A DNA stretch of 64,000 bases from Eutreptiella sp. 'Long Island Sound 2002' (lineage: Eukaryota > Protista > Euglenida). Location: positions 1,116,001-1,180,000 of the forward strand of contig OZ038378.1 of NCBI GenBank assembly GCA_964036045.1. The letters run 5' to 3'. Of the stretch, positions 26,101 through 38,100 are shown piece by piece (position 1 is the first letter of the stretch; every line of letters starts with the position of its first letter). Under the pieces are notes generated by a model, which saw only the letters and a list, made by a program, of their open reading frames with translations, did no database searches and was not told the DNA's origin. A program made the translations under genes and the position numbers.

Positions 26101-29100
26101 CATCGACCTGCAGTCGGAATTCGTTCGTCACCCACGTTTCCATGTCCATCAGCCGATCACAGCGGTGGATCACAGGAGCCGGCAACTCCACAAGTGCACG
26201 CACCGCATGGCGGGATGCCTCTGAGGGTCGTGGGCAAAACGTGTGTCGATTTGCGCAACGAGCGAGGAGGACCTACTGGAATGATAAGCCAACCCCCCCC
26301 CCCCGAGCCCCAGTATCGCTTCCGTCGGGTTGATCGTGTCAGTGTACTGACATACAGCGCTGGCACAGGGACGCTGATCAAGGTTTCATTGATAAACCAA
26401 CGCTGCGGCGCAAACATGAGACATGTGCGGTTCGCATCAACATTGTCATTGTCACCGCACTTAATGCACTGTGACCACAGGGGTGGTTTGGCGAGGCGTC
26501 TCGGGGTGCTGCTCCTATTCGGGGTCGCTTTTTGTTGCATGCGTTTGGCCAGACATGGAGGAAGCCCCGAGTGCAAGAACTCAACTCGGTTTTGGTGATT
26601 GGTTTGGTCTCCCCAGCGCTGTGCTGTTCTTTTGTGTGTCGTGTTCCGACGTTGGGCGGGCACTCGAGGGCATCAAAACGCTCAGTGTAGATCAACCAGG
26701 TCGGTGTCCCTGTGGTTTTTCATCTTTGTCCACAATCTCAAGTCGTGTTGGCCCCCGACCAGGGGCTGCTGTTATTTGGGTGTTGCTGTGGTTTTTCATT
26801 TTTGTCCACAATCTCAAGTCGTGTTGGCCCCCGACCAGGGGCTGCTGTTATTTGGGTGTTGCTTTTACTGGGCCCTTGCGTAGGTGTGCGGGTTGGGACT
26901 GGGAGGGGTGCGAACTGGTTGGGGTTTGTAGGAATTGTCCACGGTGCTTGTCCCAGGCCACTCTCCGGGGGAGGGGGTTGTGGGTCGCTCTTTGCCCCCC
27001 GCCCCTCTTTACGACATTTCATCCAGCCATCGGCTCAGGGCCCCGAACAACCACCCGGCGCATGTCTTGGCTGGATCCTGTTGCTCGTGCCGCTCTGGCA
27101 TTCCTGTGTTGTCTGGGGCGCACTGGGGGGCTTGGCACACCCCAGTGTCGGTGTTGTCAGTGTCGGAGTTGTCAGCGTCGGAGTCGGCGCAGGCTCAACA
27201 TGCGGGGGGGGGGGGGGGAAGGAGAAAGGCACGGATGGTGCCTGGCAAGTCGGAGAAGAAAGGCCCCAGACACCAAGGTGATTGTCCCGTGTTTCAGCAT
27301 ACATCTCGATCCCGACAACGGCAGCGTGAGAAGGGTGTGTGGTAAAACATTTGTGAGGGGGGGTAGAACGCTAAGCGAAGGTGTAGGTGGAACCTTTGGT
27401 AGACCCACCCTGGGGGAAGGGGGTTGCCACAAACGCCGAGTAAGTGTGCCGTTTGGTACTAGCGGCGGTTTGTACGCACCGGTTTCGGGCGATACTTCAT
27501 TTCTTCAAACCATTTGCATCGCTTGTGCCAAGACACTGCGGAACAGCGTCTTTTGGGAGGTGAGAGTGGGACAGCCGCTCCTCTGCTCCCAAGTGCTGCT
27601 TCTGCCCCTTGGCGTCCCTCCCACGCCGGCGCAGAGGGTTGCCATGTTTGAATTCCCCATGGCATTCGGCGCATTTTGACTGCGCGTAACTGGGGGCTAA
27701 ACAACTGTTGGCCGCTCAGCAGAAGTAAAAACAAGAGGCCACACAGGTAACAGGAGGAGAAACAATAGGAAAACAGGACATGCTGGCAGACGTCTACCCG
27801 AACCTCCCAAAGCACCTGACGAGCGGTGCTGTTGGTGGCCGCCGCAGTGCGTGGGCAGGGGGGCTGCCGCAGCCCATGAGGGCAGGTTTGAGGGGTCCGG
27901 GTCCCCAGCCAAACGCCCTCCACGGGCCCCAGCCCCCGAGTTTGGGGGCGAGCGGCTCTGCACACCAGGTCACCAGGTGTGTGTCCTCGGCCCCGCCCAA
28001 GCAGATGCCATAAAGAGCGGGGTGACAGGCGAGGTGAGAAAATGGGGGGGGGGTGCTCTTTGGGGGGTCGGGGGGCATGAACATTCAGTAAGTGTGGTTG
28101 GCCCTTCCGGGTGAGCAGGCACTGGCACACAGTGATTGTCCACAGACGTTTGGTCGGCGTGAGAGTGGGACAGCCGTCCCTCTGCTCACAAGCGCTGCCT
28201 CAGCCCCTCGGCTGCCCCTCCCACGCCGGCGCCGGCCATGCCGCACACAAAGTCTCGGTCAAGACAGCGAAGTTCGGAGGGTGCCAACCACATCTGATGT
28301 GGGAAGTGTGTCACGCGGCCCCGGGGCTGCGGATCACCGCGCGGTGCCCGTCGGTGGTGCGTAGCATGTCCAGGCCCGGTGACTTCCCTCAAGGATACGC
28401 ATCGGGTGCGCTGCAGTTGGCGGTTGGTCACAGTGGTTTGCGGCGGTTGGTGGTTGGTGGTTGGAGGTGGGTGGCGGTTGGCAGTTGGCGGTTGGTGGCA
28501 GTTGGCAGTGGTCGGCGGTTGGCAGGTGGCTTGGCACTGCGGTCCGTGGGCAGGAGCATTATTGGTGGGGAGAGGGAGGGATCACGTTCAAGGACACGCC
28601 CCCCCCCGTCGGGCCCTAGATGACTGATGACCACAAGATACGGATCGCTGCGGATGCGCAGACGCTTCGAAGCGGAGGGCCAAGGCGGACGACAGGGGGC
28701 ATACTTCTCGCGCGTCTGCCGGTTGTGTTCGAGGCGGTAATCCGTTGCAAACCATTTGTGGTGGCTGACAAGAGGCACAACGCAGTGCATGGGACCCAGC
28801 CCCAAGCGCCCCCTGAACCCTCACACCGCCGGCTCACAGCGCTGTACCAGCGGGTACGGGACGTGTCAGGCGACCCTGGGACGCATCACACGCCCCTGAA
28901 ACCACCGCTCTGCACGACCTGCCGGTCGCTCACATGCTGTGGTTTGCACCGCAAACTCTTTGCAAGACCAAGCAAGGCGTTGTGGTTACGACCTCAGTGC
29001 ATCGGGCACGATTCTCTGCTTCTCCAATATTGAAACAACCGGCCCCCAACTGGTAGACTCGAAACCGTATCTTCTGTTTCAGTGCCATGCGCTATGACAA

Positions 29101-32100
29101 CTGAGCCACATGACCCCGTGGTGTGGCGAGAGAGGGCACAGGCACCATGGGCAACCAGTCCCTTCCCCGGAGTTGCTCATTGACTTCCTGCACAATTCCC
29201 GCCCTCACACCAGATGCAGTCCCCTCCGACGGCTCGCGCACTGACACACAGCACACGGCACTGCACTGCACAGCGAGGGAGGCCGCACAAGCGTTGCATA
29301 CTCCTTGATGTTCAGGCTATCGCATGCAATCTCTTGGCCATCACGCTTGACAATGCGCAGCTCCGGCCGTGGGGCGGCACCCTGAGAATACGAGCGGGCG
29401 TCGGTATGGGGCCCACGGCTCGTGCACCTCGAGAGGGGCTTGGCGGGAGAGAACCCCCGGGTGCGGGCGGGCGGGGCCTGCCCCACACACGCGGCCGCAT
29501 ACATGTGTCTACACCTTCGCTTAGCAGACTTTACCCCACAACCACCCCCACCCCCACCCAGCCCCCTCTTTGCTTGCTTCGGAGACGGCCCAGGGGCCTG
29601 CAAACGCAGCAGCTCCCCTGACCGAGAGTCACAGCTCCTCCTCCTCCTTCTCCTAACCTGCCTGGGTCCGGGTCCAGTAGGCAGAACCTTTGGTAGATCT
29701 ACCCTGTTTCACACAGCCACCCACCACTGGGGGCGGGGGGCGAAGGGAACCGGGGCTACTGGGGGTTGGCAGCCTTGGGGAGTGGGGGAGGAGTGGAGGG
29801 GGGGAGTAAAGCCTGAGTAAGGTTGAGCGCAGCGAACGTGTAGGTGGAACCTTTGGTCGAATTACCCAACACAGCTAACACAGGGGGGCAAACAAAAGCA
29901 CCCTGAAAACGGTTTTCTTTTTGAAACTGACGTGAACGTTTTGTGAAGAAAACGTTTTCTGAAAATAGACCAGATGTGAAGCCTCTGACACAGTCGCCGA
30001 TTTCCCAGGCAGCTGTGAATCGCAACTGGAGATGAATAGCGCTGGGGAAGGCGGTTGGGTGGCAACTTCTGGGGGTTACAAATGGTTGGGGCAGACCTCC
30101 TGCCCCCCGGCGTCGGGACTCCGTTCGGGGGCGTTTCGGGAACGGCAACAGTGGCGCAAAGCGATCAGCATCCGTGGTCCAACCTCCTTCCCCTGTCCCA
30201 TATCCAGGTGTCAAATATGGGGCACCTCAAAGATACCCACACTCCATATGAAGATCTGTGATACTGTGAAACGTTTGCAGCGCAAAAGTGGGAAAAAAAC
30301 GAAATTTATCAAAAGGGCCCCAAAGTGGAGGTCGATGTTAGGTACACAGACTTCTTTTTTGGCCGCTGACCCCCCCCACACACAAGCCGCAGACACCCCC
30401 CCCCCCTGGGGCGTGGGACCCACCTAATGCAACGGTCTGCACACGTGTGAATGGCATGGGGTCGTGCACATGCCCATGCAATCGAATGCGGGAAACACAC
30501 GCATGTCCCTGCGCTGCACCGCGGGGGCTGGGGGGGCGGCCGGGCCCTGTTCCGCTGTGACTGCCCTCCCCCTATCGGTCGCAAAACCGGGGGGGCTCTG
30601 AGGGGCTGGGAGGGGGAGGGGAGGGGTGAGGTCGTGAGCGTCTGAGGGGATCTCTGAGCGCCCTTTTGCGGACTGCACACCGGAAGGGCGGCCCGGTAGC
30701 CCCCCCCTCCCTCAGCTGGCCAGCTGCAGGGCTGTCCTGAAGGGGGGGGAAAAGGGGGGCTCGTAACGCCAACAGAAACGAAACAGGGACGCTCTCTGCT
30801 TCATGGCCATGGGACCTTCTCTACTTCAAAGTTTGGCGGTTGCTGGTTGGCGGTTGGTGGCTGGCGATTGGTGGCGATTGGTGGTTGGCGTTTGGTGGCG
30901 ATTGGCGGTTGGCAGCGGTTGGTGGTTGGCGGTTGGTGGCGGTTGGCAGTTGGCGGCGGTTGGCCGTTGGCAGTTGCTGGTCCCTGCGGGCTGTCCTTGA
31001 GGGCTGTCATCCTTAAGGGCAGCGGCCAGCTGTGTGAGTGGTATGAGCGATGGGTGCTCGCTCGGAGGGACCGGGGTTCGAACCCTACTACCACCCCAGG
31101 TGAAATGGCCCACCATCTGGGGCAACGCCATTGGGCTGGTCCAGCAGGGTTGAGGGGGTTGGCAGCCTACTTCCGACGCCAACGGTTGCCCAACTGTCGG
31201 GGGGAGGGGGGCACTGTCTTTCGAAATAGTGCGGGGGGGAGGGGGGGCAGGGGGACAGTGGAATGGGGGGTCGCGTCCACTCCCCTTGTGGGAGAGGACT
31301 GTTTCACGTGCAGCAGGGGGCGATGGTGAAGGGGGGGTCATGTACAAGTACGTGTGGCATACCACGATGGCGTTGCCCCCCACAGTCCGGCAGTGGTACG
31401 CGCAAGCCCCCCCGCCACCGCCACCGGTAGCTACAGGACATGCCCCTGCAAGACCGACGGCACATACGTTGGCAGCCCCAGGCCGGGGTTTTCGCTTGGC
31501 ATTGGCCCCCGCCCCCACGACCATATCCGGGGCCTCGTACGCCAACAGCAACAGGTTGGCCCCGAAGGGCGCCACACCGCAGATGAAGAAGTCCGTCTCG
31601 AAGCTGTGCGTGATCTCCCCGCGTCGACCCGGCAGCGTCGGGTCCGCAATGCGTTCCACCGGGTCCCGGTCCTGCGGCGGTGAGAGGGGCACTTGCAGTC
31701 CCGGAGACGCGTGGGGGCCCTCCGCGTACCGGGCGGGGGCGGGGGGGCTTTGGAGCCCATTTTCCCAGCCCCTGTGTGCCATTACGTCGGGTTGCTGTTT
31801 CTTTACGGGGCCCTGGACACTCGTTATTGAGTGTCCAGTTAAAGAGTGTAGGGACCGGAGGCGCAGGACCGGGGCTGCAGGGCCGCGGGCTGTCAACTTG
31901 TGGACTCGACGCAGGGCGGCGAGAGATTTGTTGGCCGCCTTGTGGAGCGGAAGCTCGGGGAGAAGAGGGATATCTATGAGTTCAGGCGGCGTGGTGCTGG
32001 TGAATATCTCTGAGTCTGGGACCGGGCTGCGCTCCAGGGTGATGCCCTGGTGCCCCAGACGGGCGAGGAAGTACTCCAGCTTCCTTTCCCTTCACGGGCT

Positions 32101-35100
32101 GCGCCGGGTCGCTGTGTTCTGTCGGCCGCTGCGGCCTGTGTTCCTTGTGCGGTAGCGGAGCCCAGTAGTTGGCACACTGGGACTGGGGTTGTGCTGGTTG
32201 TTGGGTCGTTTTGCGGTTTTGGCTGCCCACTTCCCTCCACATTCAGGTCGTCCACCACATGCCTCGCCACGTTTCCGTGTGCGCAAGGCCCAATTGCTCC
32301 ACCCCTCCGCAAGTTGTCCTGGTCGTCCACCACCTGCCTCCCCACGCTGCCGTGTGCGGTGCACCTGGGCATTGCACGCACCTTCATGGTTTCCGCGGGT
32401 ATCATGCGTGCCTCCGCAGGTGGCGTGCGCTCCTGTATGGTTGACGCGGCTGGCGTGTGCACCTGTGCGGTGGCTGGGGTGATTTGCACTTCACGGCGGC
32501 CACACCGTAGTACTTGGTTTGTCCCACCCCAGTTTTGTCAATGGGCCCTTCCCTATCCACCACAATCCTGAGGACCGGGCAAACTGCGCTGCGCACAATC
32601 ACCATCACTCCAATCCTGCCAGGCAAGCACCTCAGGAGCCCCAGTGGTGGGCCACTGGGTGCCGGATCTCCCGGGCGTGTAAATCAGACGACTTAAACCG
32701 AAACCCCCGGCGATCGCGGTGGGCTCCGCGGCCGGATACCTGCGTGGGTCTTTGTTGTTGCGTCGGTGTTGGAGTTGTGGACGCTCCCTGTTGAGCGGAA
32801 CTGCGGGATACGGGCACACGGGGGCGGGGCGGGGGGTCCCCCCCCACCACCACCATGGGCTGCCGCGTCTGCCTCCTTACTGTGCCAGGGGGGAGTCTGA
32901 GAGGGCGCCGGGGGGGGGGGGGGGGTCAGTGGGTCCCCCCAACAAACATACCTCAAAATGATCGCCATGACGCGCTGATCATTTTGAACACACGCAAATG
33001 GGGTACAAATTTTTCATTTTTTTTCTACCCATCAGCATCGGGAAAAAACAAACAAAATTGGCTCTTGGACTTAGGAGCCCATTTTCTCAACCCCCCCCCC
33101 CAACACCCTGGGGCTCCCGAGCCCCCCCCATCCCCCACCCATCAGAGCAAATTTCTGGTCGCTCCGCCACAACGGCCCACGGCTCGCCTCCCACGGCCCA
33201 CCGCACCTGCTATCTCCCGGGGTGCTCCACGTGCGCAGCATCCGATCATCAACCCCCCACCCCCCCCAAAGACCCCGGGGGACGAACTTTGGCCCAATGC
33301 TCAGTCCCACTACTCCCCGTGGCAGGGGGCTGCGGTCATGCCCGTGACCCTCTGGTCCGGGAGGTGGCCGCACGGTGGAGAGAGGCGTGTGTATGGAAAA
33401 GGCCTCCGGAGGGAGTGCAGGGAGGTGGCATGCACTCCTCGGTACAGATGGTCAACAACTGCCAGTTTCTCTCTGCTGCTGGGTGGCATAGTGTAGCATG
33501 AGATACGAAATTAGAGGGCAATAGTTTTTTTTCAAAAGATTAAACATAAATTTTAAGATTTTGTATGCCAACAACTACTTTTTCTCACACATTTATGTAA
33601 AATTATTGGCTCTTGGTGTATCTACAATTTTTTACTTTGACTGTAGAGCTTGTATAGACACAAAGTAAATCAAGTAGAGCTGGCAAGCGAAGGCTGGCTG
33701 GACCGGTATTGGTATTGCCACAAGCCCGGCCGCTATGAACGGATCTGGTGACTCTTCCAGCAGCTCTGAAGGCCCATCCAAGAACGGGGGCTCTGAGGGG
33801 CCTTCAAAATGTTCGGTAGTCTTTTGGCATATTCTAATTCCCCATCGCATTCGGTGCGGTTGGACTACACATGAATGTGTGGGTGGGTGGGTGGGGGGGG
33901 GGGGGGCAAACAACCATTGACCACTCACCACAAACGAAAAAAAAAACCAGGAAAATCCGGGGAGACGCGTACATGAACCCCCCGAAATGCCCGACGAGCT
34001 GTGATAGTGTTGTCGGCCCGACTGTGGGGCGGACAGGCCGCTGCAGCCCATGGGCGTAGGTGTTGGGGGTCCGAAGGAGAGTGTGGGGCTCGCGTCCTGG
34101 CGTCCTGGATTCGCCCCATCCCCGCCACTCTTGGGTCTCTGTCTCAGACGACGATCAGACGCGCGGAGCGTTCTATGCCGGATCGAGAGCGGCATGAAGG
34201 CCCCCCCCCGCCCCCTCGCGGACTGCGTCCAGGGCATGGGCATAGGGGGCACACCCGAATGACGCAGATGCGCACCCAATTGCCCCATGCAATGATCAAT
34301 GTGTCGTCCGTCTCAAAACACAGGTCACAGCGAAACACATCCGGCCTGAGCAGCGGCGGACGGAGGACAGCAGCCGCAGCAGCAGCAGCAGCAGCATGGG
34401 GCATCCCTGGCCTGGGCCTGTGCAGCAGCGCGGCGCAGTTCATAGCCACGCGAACCACGCACATACCGTGGGCTTCCGTCGGGGCGCTCAATGCGACAAA
34501 TGCGCTGTTCGGAAATGGTGTCATAAATCTTGATCCCTGCGTCATTTGCTGCAGAAGAATGTCGGGAGCCCGCGGCATGGGACGCAGCCGATCAAGTTGG
34601 GGTGGAAGCAACGGTGCCACCGCAGGCAACGGCAAGCAGGCCAAAAGGTGCAGAGGCAACATCGGCGATGTTGAATCGTACGTGTAATTACGGCACTCTT
34701 CCTTTGTAGAGTGTCGCGCGTGCCTACTTTTTGTGAGGAAGGATTGCAGTGTGTTTGCGGTGCGCCGTGGTGTGAGGGGTGTTGCAAAGAGGTGTACGTG
34801 CTGTCCATCCGGACCTGATGGTCTGTGCTATAGTGCCTCTGCTCTGAGTAGTACTGCAGTCCTGTGTGCTGGTGCACGTGCATTGTTTGCAATGTGTCCC
34901 CTTTCGTTGTGAGTCGTCGTGAAAGTCATATCGGCGCGGGTAATTCGGCCTGCTCCAGTATCCCTCAAATACAACTCCAACAGCGAACAAGGGCCACCCA
35001 ACACACCGCCACAATAATGACCGAATCAACGCCTGGCGTTGTTGGAGCCAGTCGATTGTCTCCACACTGGGAGGGGGGACGGGGGCAAGGGACAGCAAAT

Positions 35101-38100
35101 GGGCATCACGGGGGACTGTTTTAGGGAAACGCCCTCCTACCCTGCAGAGGCAGCGAGAGCGCCATGTGCCGACCGTGTGCTGCACAGCTCGTGTGCACTT
35201 GACGGGCGCCAGCTGCCGCACGCAGTGCCGTGCACGTCAGGCACGGTGGTCTCAACCCACACCACAAGGTGCTGCCGCACCGCCCTTGTATTAATCCCAG
35301 CAGTCACCCAGCCATCCTCGTCGATTTGCATGAAACAGGGCGTTCGATGAGTGCCATCACACCACAAGTGGCGAAACCTCAGAAGGAGGACACACGAGGA
35401 GAGAGGGCCCGTCGCCAAGCCAGTGGTGACGTGGCCGTGTGCAGCGACGCCTGTCGACGCCGACGCCGGCTGCCGGACAGCCCGGGATGGCTGTTTCTCC
35501 TCCAACTCCGCCCCCTGACGATGATGGTACCCATCCACCCTGCCCCTCCCCTCCCCACACACACACCCCAGGCTATGAGATCCTTTCTCCATTGGACTGC
35601 ATAGATTTTGCCCTCTCCCTGATGCAGCGTCTCCACTTTGGTGGTGCGCAAGAATCGACCTGCAAAACACACAGCCATCAACCAGCGAGCGTGCTGCGGG
35701 TAGGCGTGGGTGTCCGGCCAAAACTGACATTGTCCCACTGCCAACTGTCAGGTACCTGCACGCTACCCACCCATCGCACGGACACCGATCGGGAGTGCAG
35801 CAGCGACCGTGAAAGCACCTTGAAGCATCTCGCGTGGTTTGGACCCGCGCATTCATAACTCAACAAAAACGACCACCGCCGCGCGAAGAATTGAATCTTG
35901 TCGAAGCAGGTGACACGTTGCACCTTCTCAGGATCAGGGGCCATCCATCCCCTGTTTTGGTGATACTCCACCAGCCACCCCACAACTCATCCCACCAGTC
36001 ACCCCATCAGTCATCCATTGATGGGTGTCAGCTGCCGCACGCACGTCAGGCACGGTGATCTCAACCCACACCACAATGTGCTGCCGCACCGCACTTGTAC
36101 TACTCGCGTCGAATGGAAATTTAGAACCCCAACCCCCACCGCGGTGGTCGTGAACTGGTCGTTGGTAATGAGGGGTGTGGATTCCAATTCGTTCCTCTCG
36201 CACTTCCTTCGTTTCCGTGCTTGGTCTTACATGCCAACACCTCAACGGCCCCCTGCCGTGCTCTCCCCCAGGTGTCGAGCCCGCCCACTTGTTGGGGGGG
36301 GGGGGCAGGCTTGTGCTCCCCCCCCCCCCCCCAACAATAGCTGAGTACGGTATGCCTCTTGGGGACACAAAGAAGGAGGACATGGGAGCCTACATGGATA
36401 CGAAAGGCCTAGAGCCACCAGTCATCCAACCAGTTCTCCCAGAGCCACCGCTCATCCAACTACCACTCCAACAATCATCATCGCACCAATCATCCAGTCA
36501 TCACTGCAGATTTGCGCGAAACAGTGGACGTCCGCCATGTCCAGGTGCGCATATGGAAAGAACTTCGCAAAATGAAATTTGCGCGGCAAAGTGAAAGGAT
36601 AAACCACAACAAATCAGAAATCACATCAGCTGACAAAGGCTGCTGTTCGTGTGAGCTCACCTACTCGGATCCAAAATAACCTCCATTGATGACTTTGAGT
36701 CTCTCTATCCATGATTGAAGGCGCAAGAGCAATCGTGTTGTGCTTCGCACTCTTGCCCACCCCCTGTCGCCGAGCTCCCGTTTGCTTTCACCAAACAATG
36801 CACCCGCTGGCGCGACGACAATGGAAATGCCTTGTGGTTGGAAAATGGGGCATCATGCTTGCTCACTGCAAATTCATAACGCTGGTGATGCCCTACTTTC
36901 ATGTTCCCATCCATCTTTCTGGATGCCGGCCCACGTGGAGAATCTAGTCATGGGCCGCCACCGTCACAAAACCCACATTTTGTACCAACATATCCATTGA
37001 GGTTCTCGGACCAAAAGGGAATTGGAAGGGAATTGGTTCTTTGGTGCGAACATACACCCCACTTGCCCTCCACATGTGAAATAACCACCTATATTTTTGC
37101 TCTTGGAAGCACCTCGAAGCGACCTCGAAGTGACCTCGAAGCCACCTCGAAGCCACCTCGACGCACCTCGAAGTGGTTCGAGGTGCTTCGAGGTGCTTCG
37201 AGGTGGACTTCGAAGTGGGTCAAAATCAATGTAGTAAACTGCACATACTTTTGGTAATGTAATGAAGTACTTCTCCCATGCCGCCCGCAACAAGAGGCCT
37301 CGCTTGATTGCTGCCATACGTTGGTTCCAAAGCAACGCTCTTCACGGGCCGTTCAAAGTTGTGTGTTGCGACACTCTTGTCATATATCCCCATGATACTT
37401 ACCTTGCCTGAGCATCGAAAAAGAACACCAATCAACCCCTTCAATTAACCAATCAACCCAATCAACCAAGATGACACCAATGAACCCTTGCATGCTCGCC
37501 AAATCGAACGGTCGAACAAGAAAACGCACACTATTTGCTATCCCATCATCGCGTCATGCAAACTATGATGAAACCAAACACGCGCGGAAGTTGCCGCAAG
37601 AAACATCTTCTCCATCTTGAAGACCACTATCAGAATCACATTTCGCCACCGTTGCCAGATTACACGAGGGCGGAGGGGTGGCTTGTGGGAAAACAACCGG
37701 GCATACCATCGTTTCCACAAGCTGCAATAAACTCGCCGTTCAGATCAACACTTATCTCGTTGACGGTTGCGGTGTGAATGCTATGACTGTGTTGCGGACA
37801 AATGATAATGTTGGCAACGAGGCGAACCTTGTCGTGCCAACGATTGGCAACGATGGCGAACAGCGACTATTGGGCAATAAATCTATCAATGGAGGGCGCT
37901 ACCGAAGGTTTCGCATTGCGTTGTGCCCACATGCAATATGGCGCTACCTGTTGATCAAATGGCCCAAGTTGTCCAAGACATGCACTTTCCCCGAGTGAGT
38001 TCCCAACACCTAAAGGCAACCAACCGGAAGCAAACGACCCACACATTCCCCATCCACCACATACAGACACGGAGCTGCCTGAATACTAACAGGACATGAG

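Noticed and set aside
33500-33690. AT-rich island as an intronic snoRNA
   Set aside because: No C/D or H/ACA box arrangement seen.
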